The notes beneath the pieces are model-generated. The model had not been told where the DNA came from, made no database searches, and saw only the letters and a list, made by a program, of their open reading frames with translations. A stretch of DNA of 64,000 bases from a virus. The number at the start of each line of letters is the position of its first letter. Position 1 is the stretch's first letter. Location of the stretch: IMG/VR virus record IMGVR_UViG_3300044730_000222, positions 1 through 64,000 of that record. One strand, given 5' to 3'. Position numbers and translations under genes: made by a program. Shown here one piece after another: positions 63,887-64,000 of the stretch.

Positions 63887-64000
63887 TATTTAGTTTGGCC
63901 TTTAATGCTTCCTGTAAATCTAAGTCTTCTCTAACTCTAGCGATAAGTCCATCACGACCTTGAACCTTTGTGCCATCATCTAGTTGATACCAGGCCCCAG
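63879..64000 (-). CDS. recA: RecA/UvsX-like recombinase, C-terminal fragment
   Basis: GAWYQL....KVQGRD matches the RecA C-terminal GAWY...QG(R/K) motif. Confidence 0.7.
   Translation of the reverse strand, partial: GAWYQLDDGTKVQGRDGLIARVREDLDLQEALKAKLNNV

Overview
This is a 64-kb piece of a large, low-GC, tailed dsDNA phage. The host is almost certainly actinobacterial, probably a low-GC freshwater lineage such as Ca. Nanopelagicales/acI. Evidence: a WhiB gene, AGAAAGG Shine-Dalgarno sites matching the actinobacterial 16S tail, many leaderless genes, and actinobacterial regulator motifs. Layout: (1) 1-2 kb, partial class II ribonucleotide reductase; (2) 2-14.6 kb, leftward tail-fibre/baseplate module; (3) about 16.1-29.7 kb, a divergently transcribed early/host-takeover region of small genes, bounded on both sides by non-coding DnaA-box clusters; (4) 29.7-41.5 kb, rightward SSB and glycosyl/methyltransferase cluster; (5) 41.5-64 kb, leftward genes for WhiB, nucleases, Hsp20, two tRNAs, proteases, CHAP endolysin, an S-layer-like protein, terminase, RuvC-, Cas4-like and RecA proteins. 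The most unusual signal is non-coding. The early region carries seven exact PafBC/RecA-NDp-type DNA-damage promoters (TGTCAG-N10-TAnnnT) driving micro-genes, eight perfect CRP boxes, ten GACACGCC (WhiA-core) sites, DnaA boxes and further unknown motifs. It also carries four of five copies of a covarying small RNA pseudoknot at transcript 3' ends. The fifth copy caps a promoter-driven ~100-nt sRNA just outside the region, with two CCCUUUCU loops complementary to the AGAAAGG ribosome-binding sites typical of the early genes. All calls were made by eye; no database searches were run.
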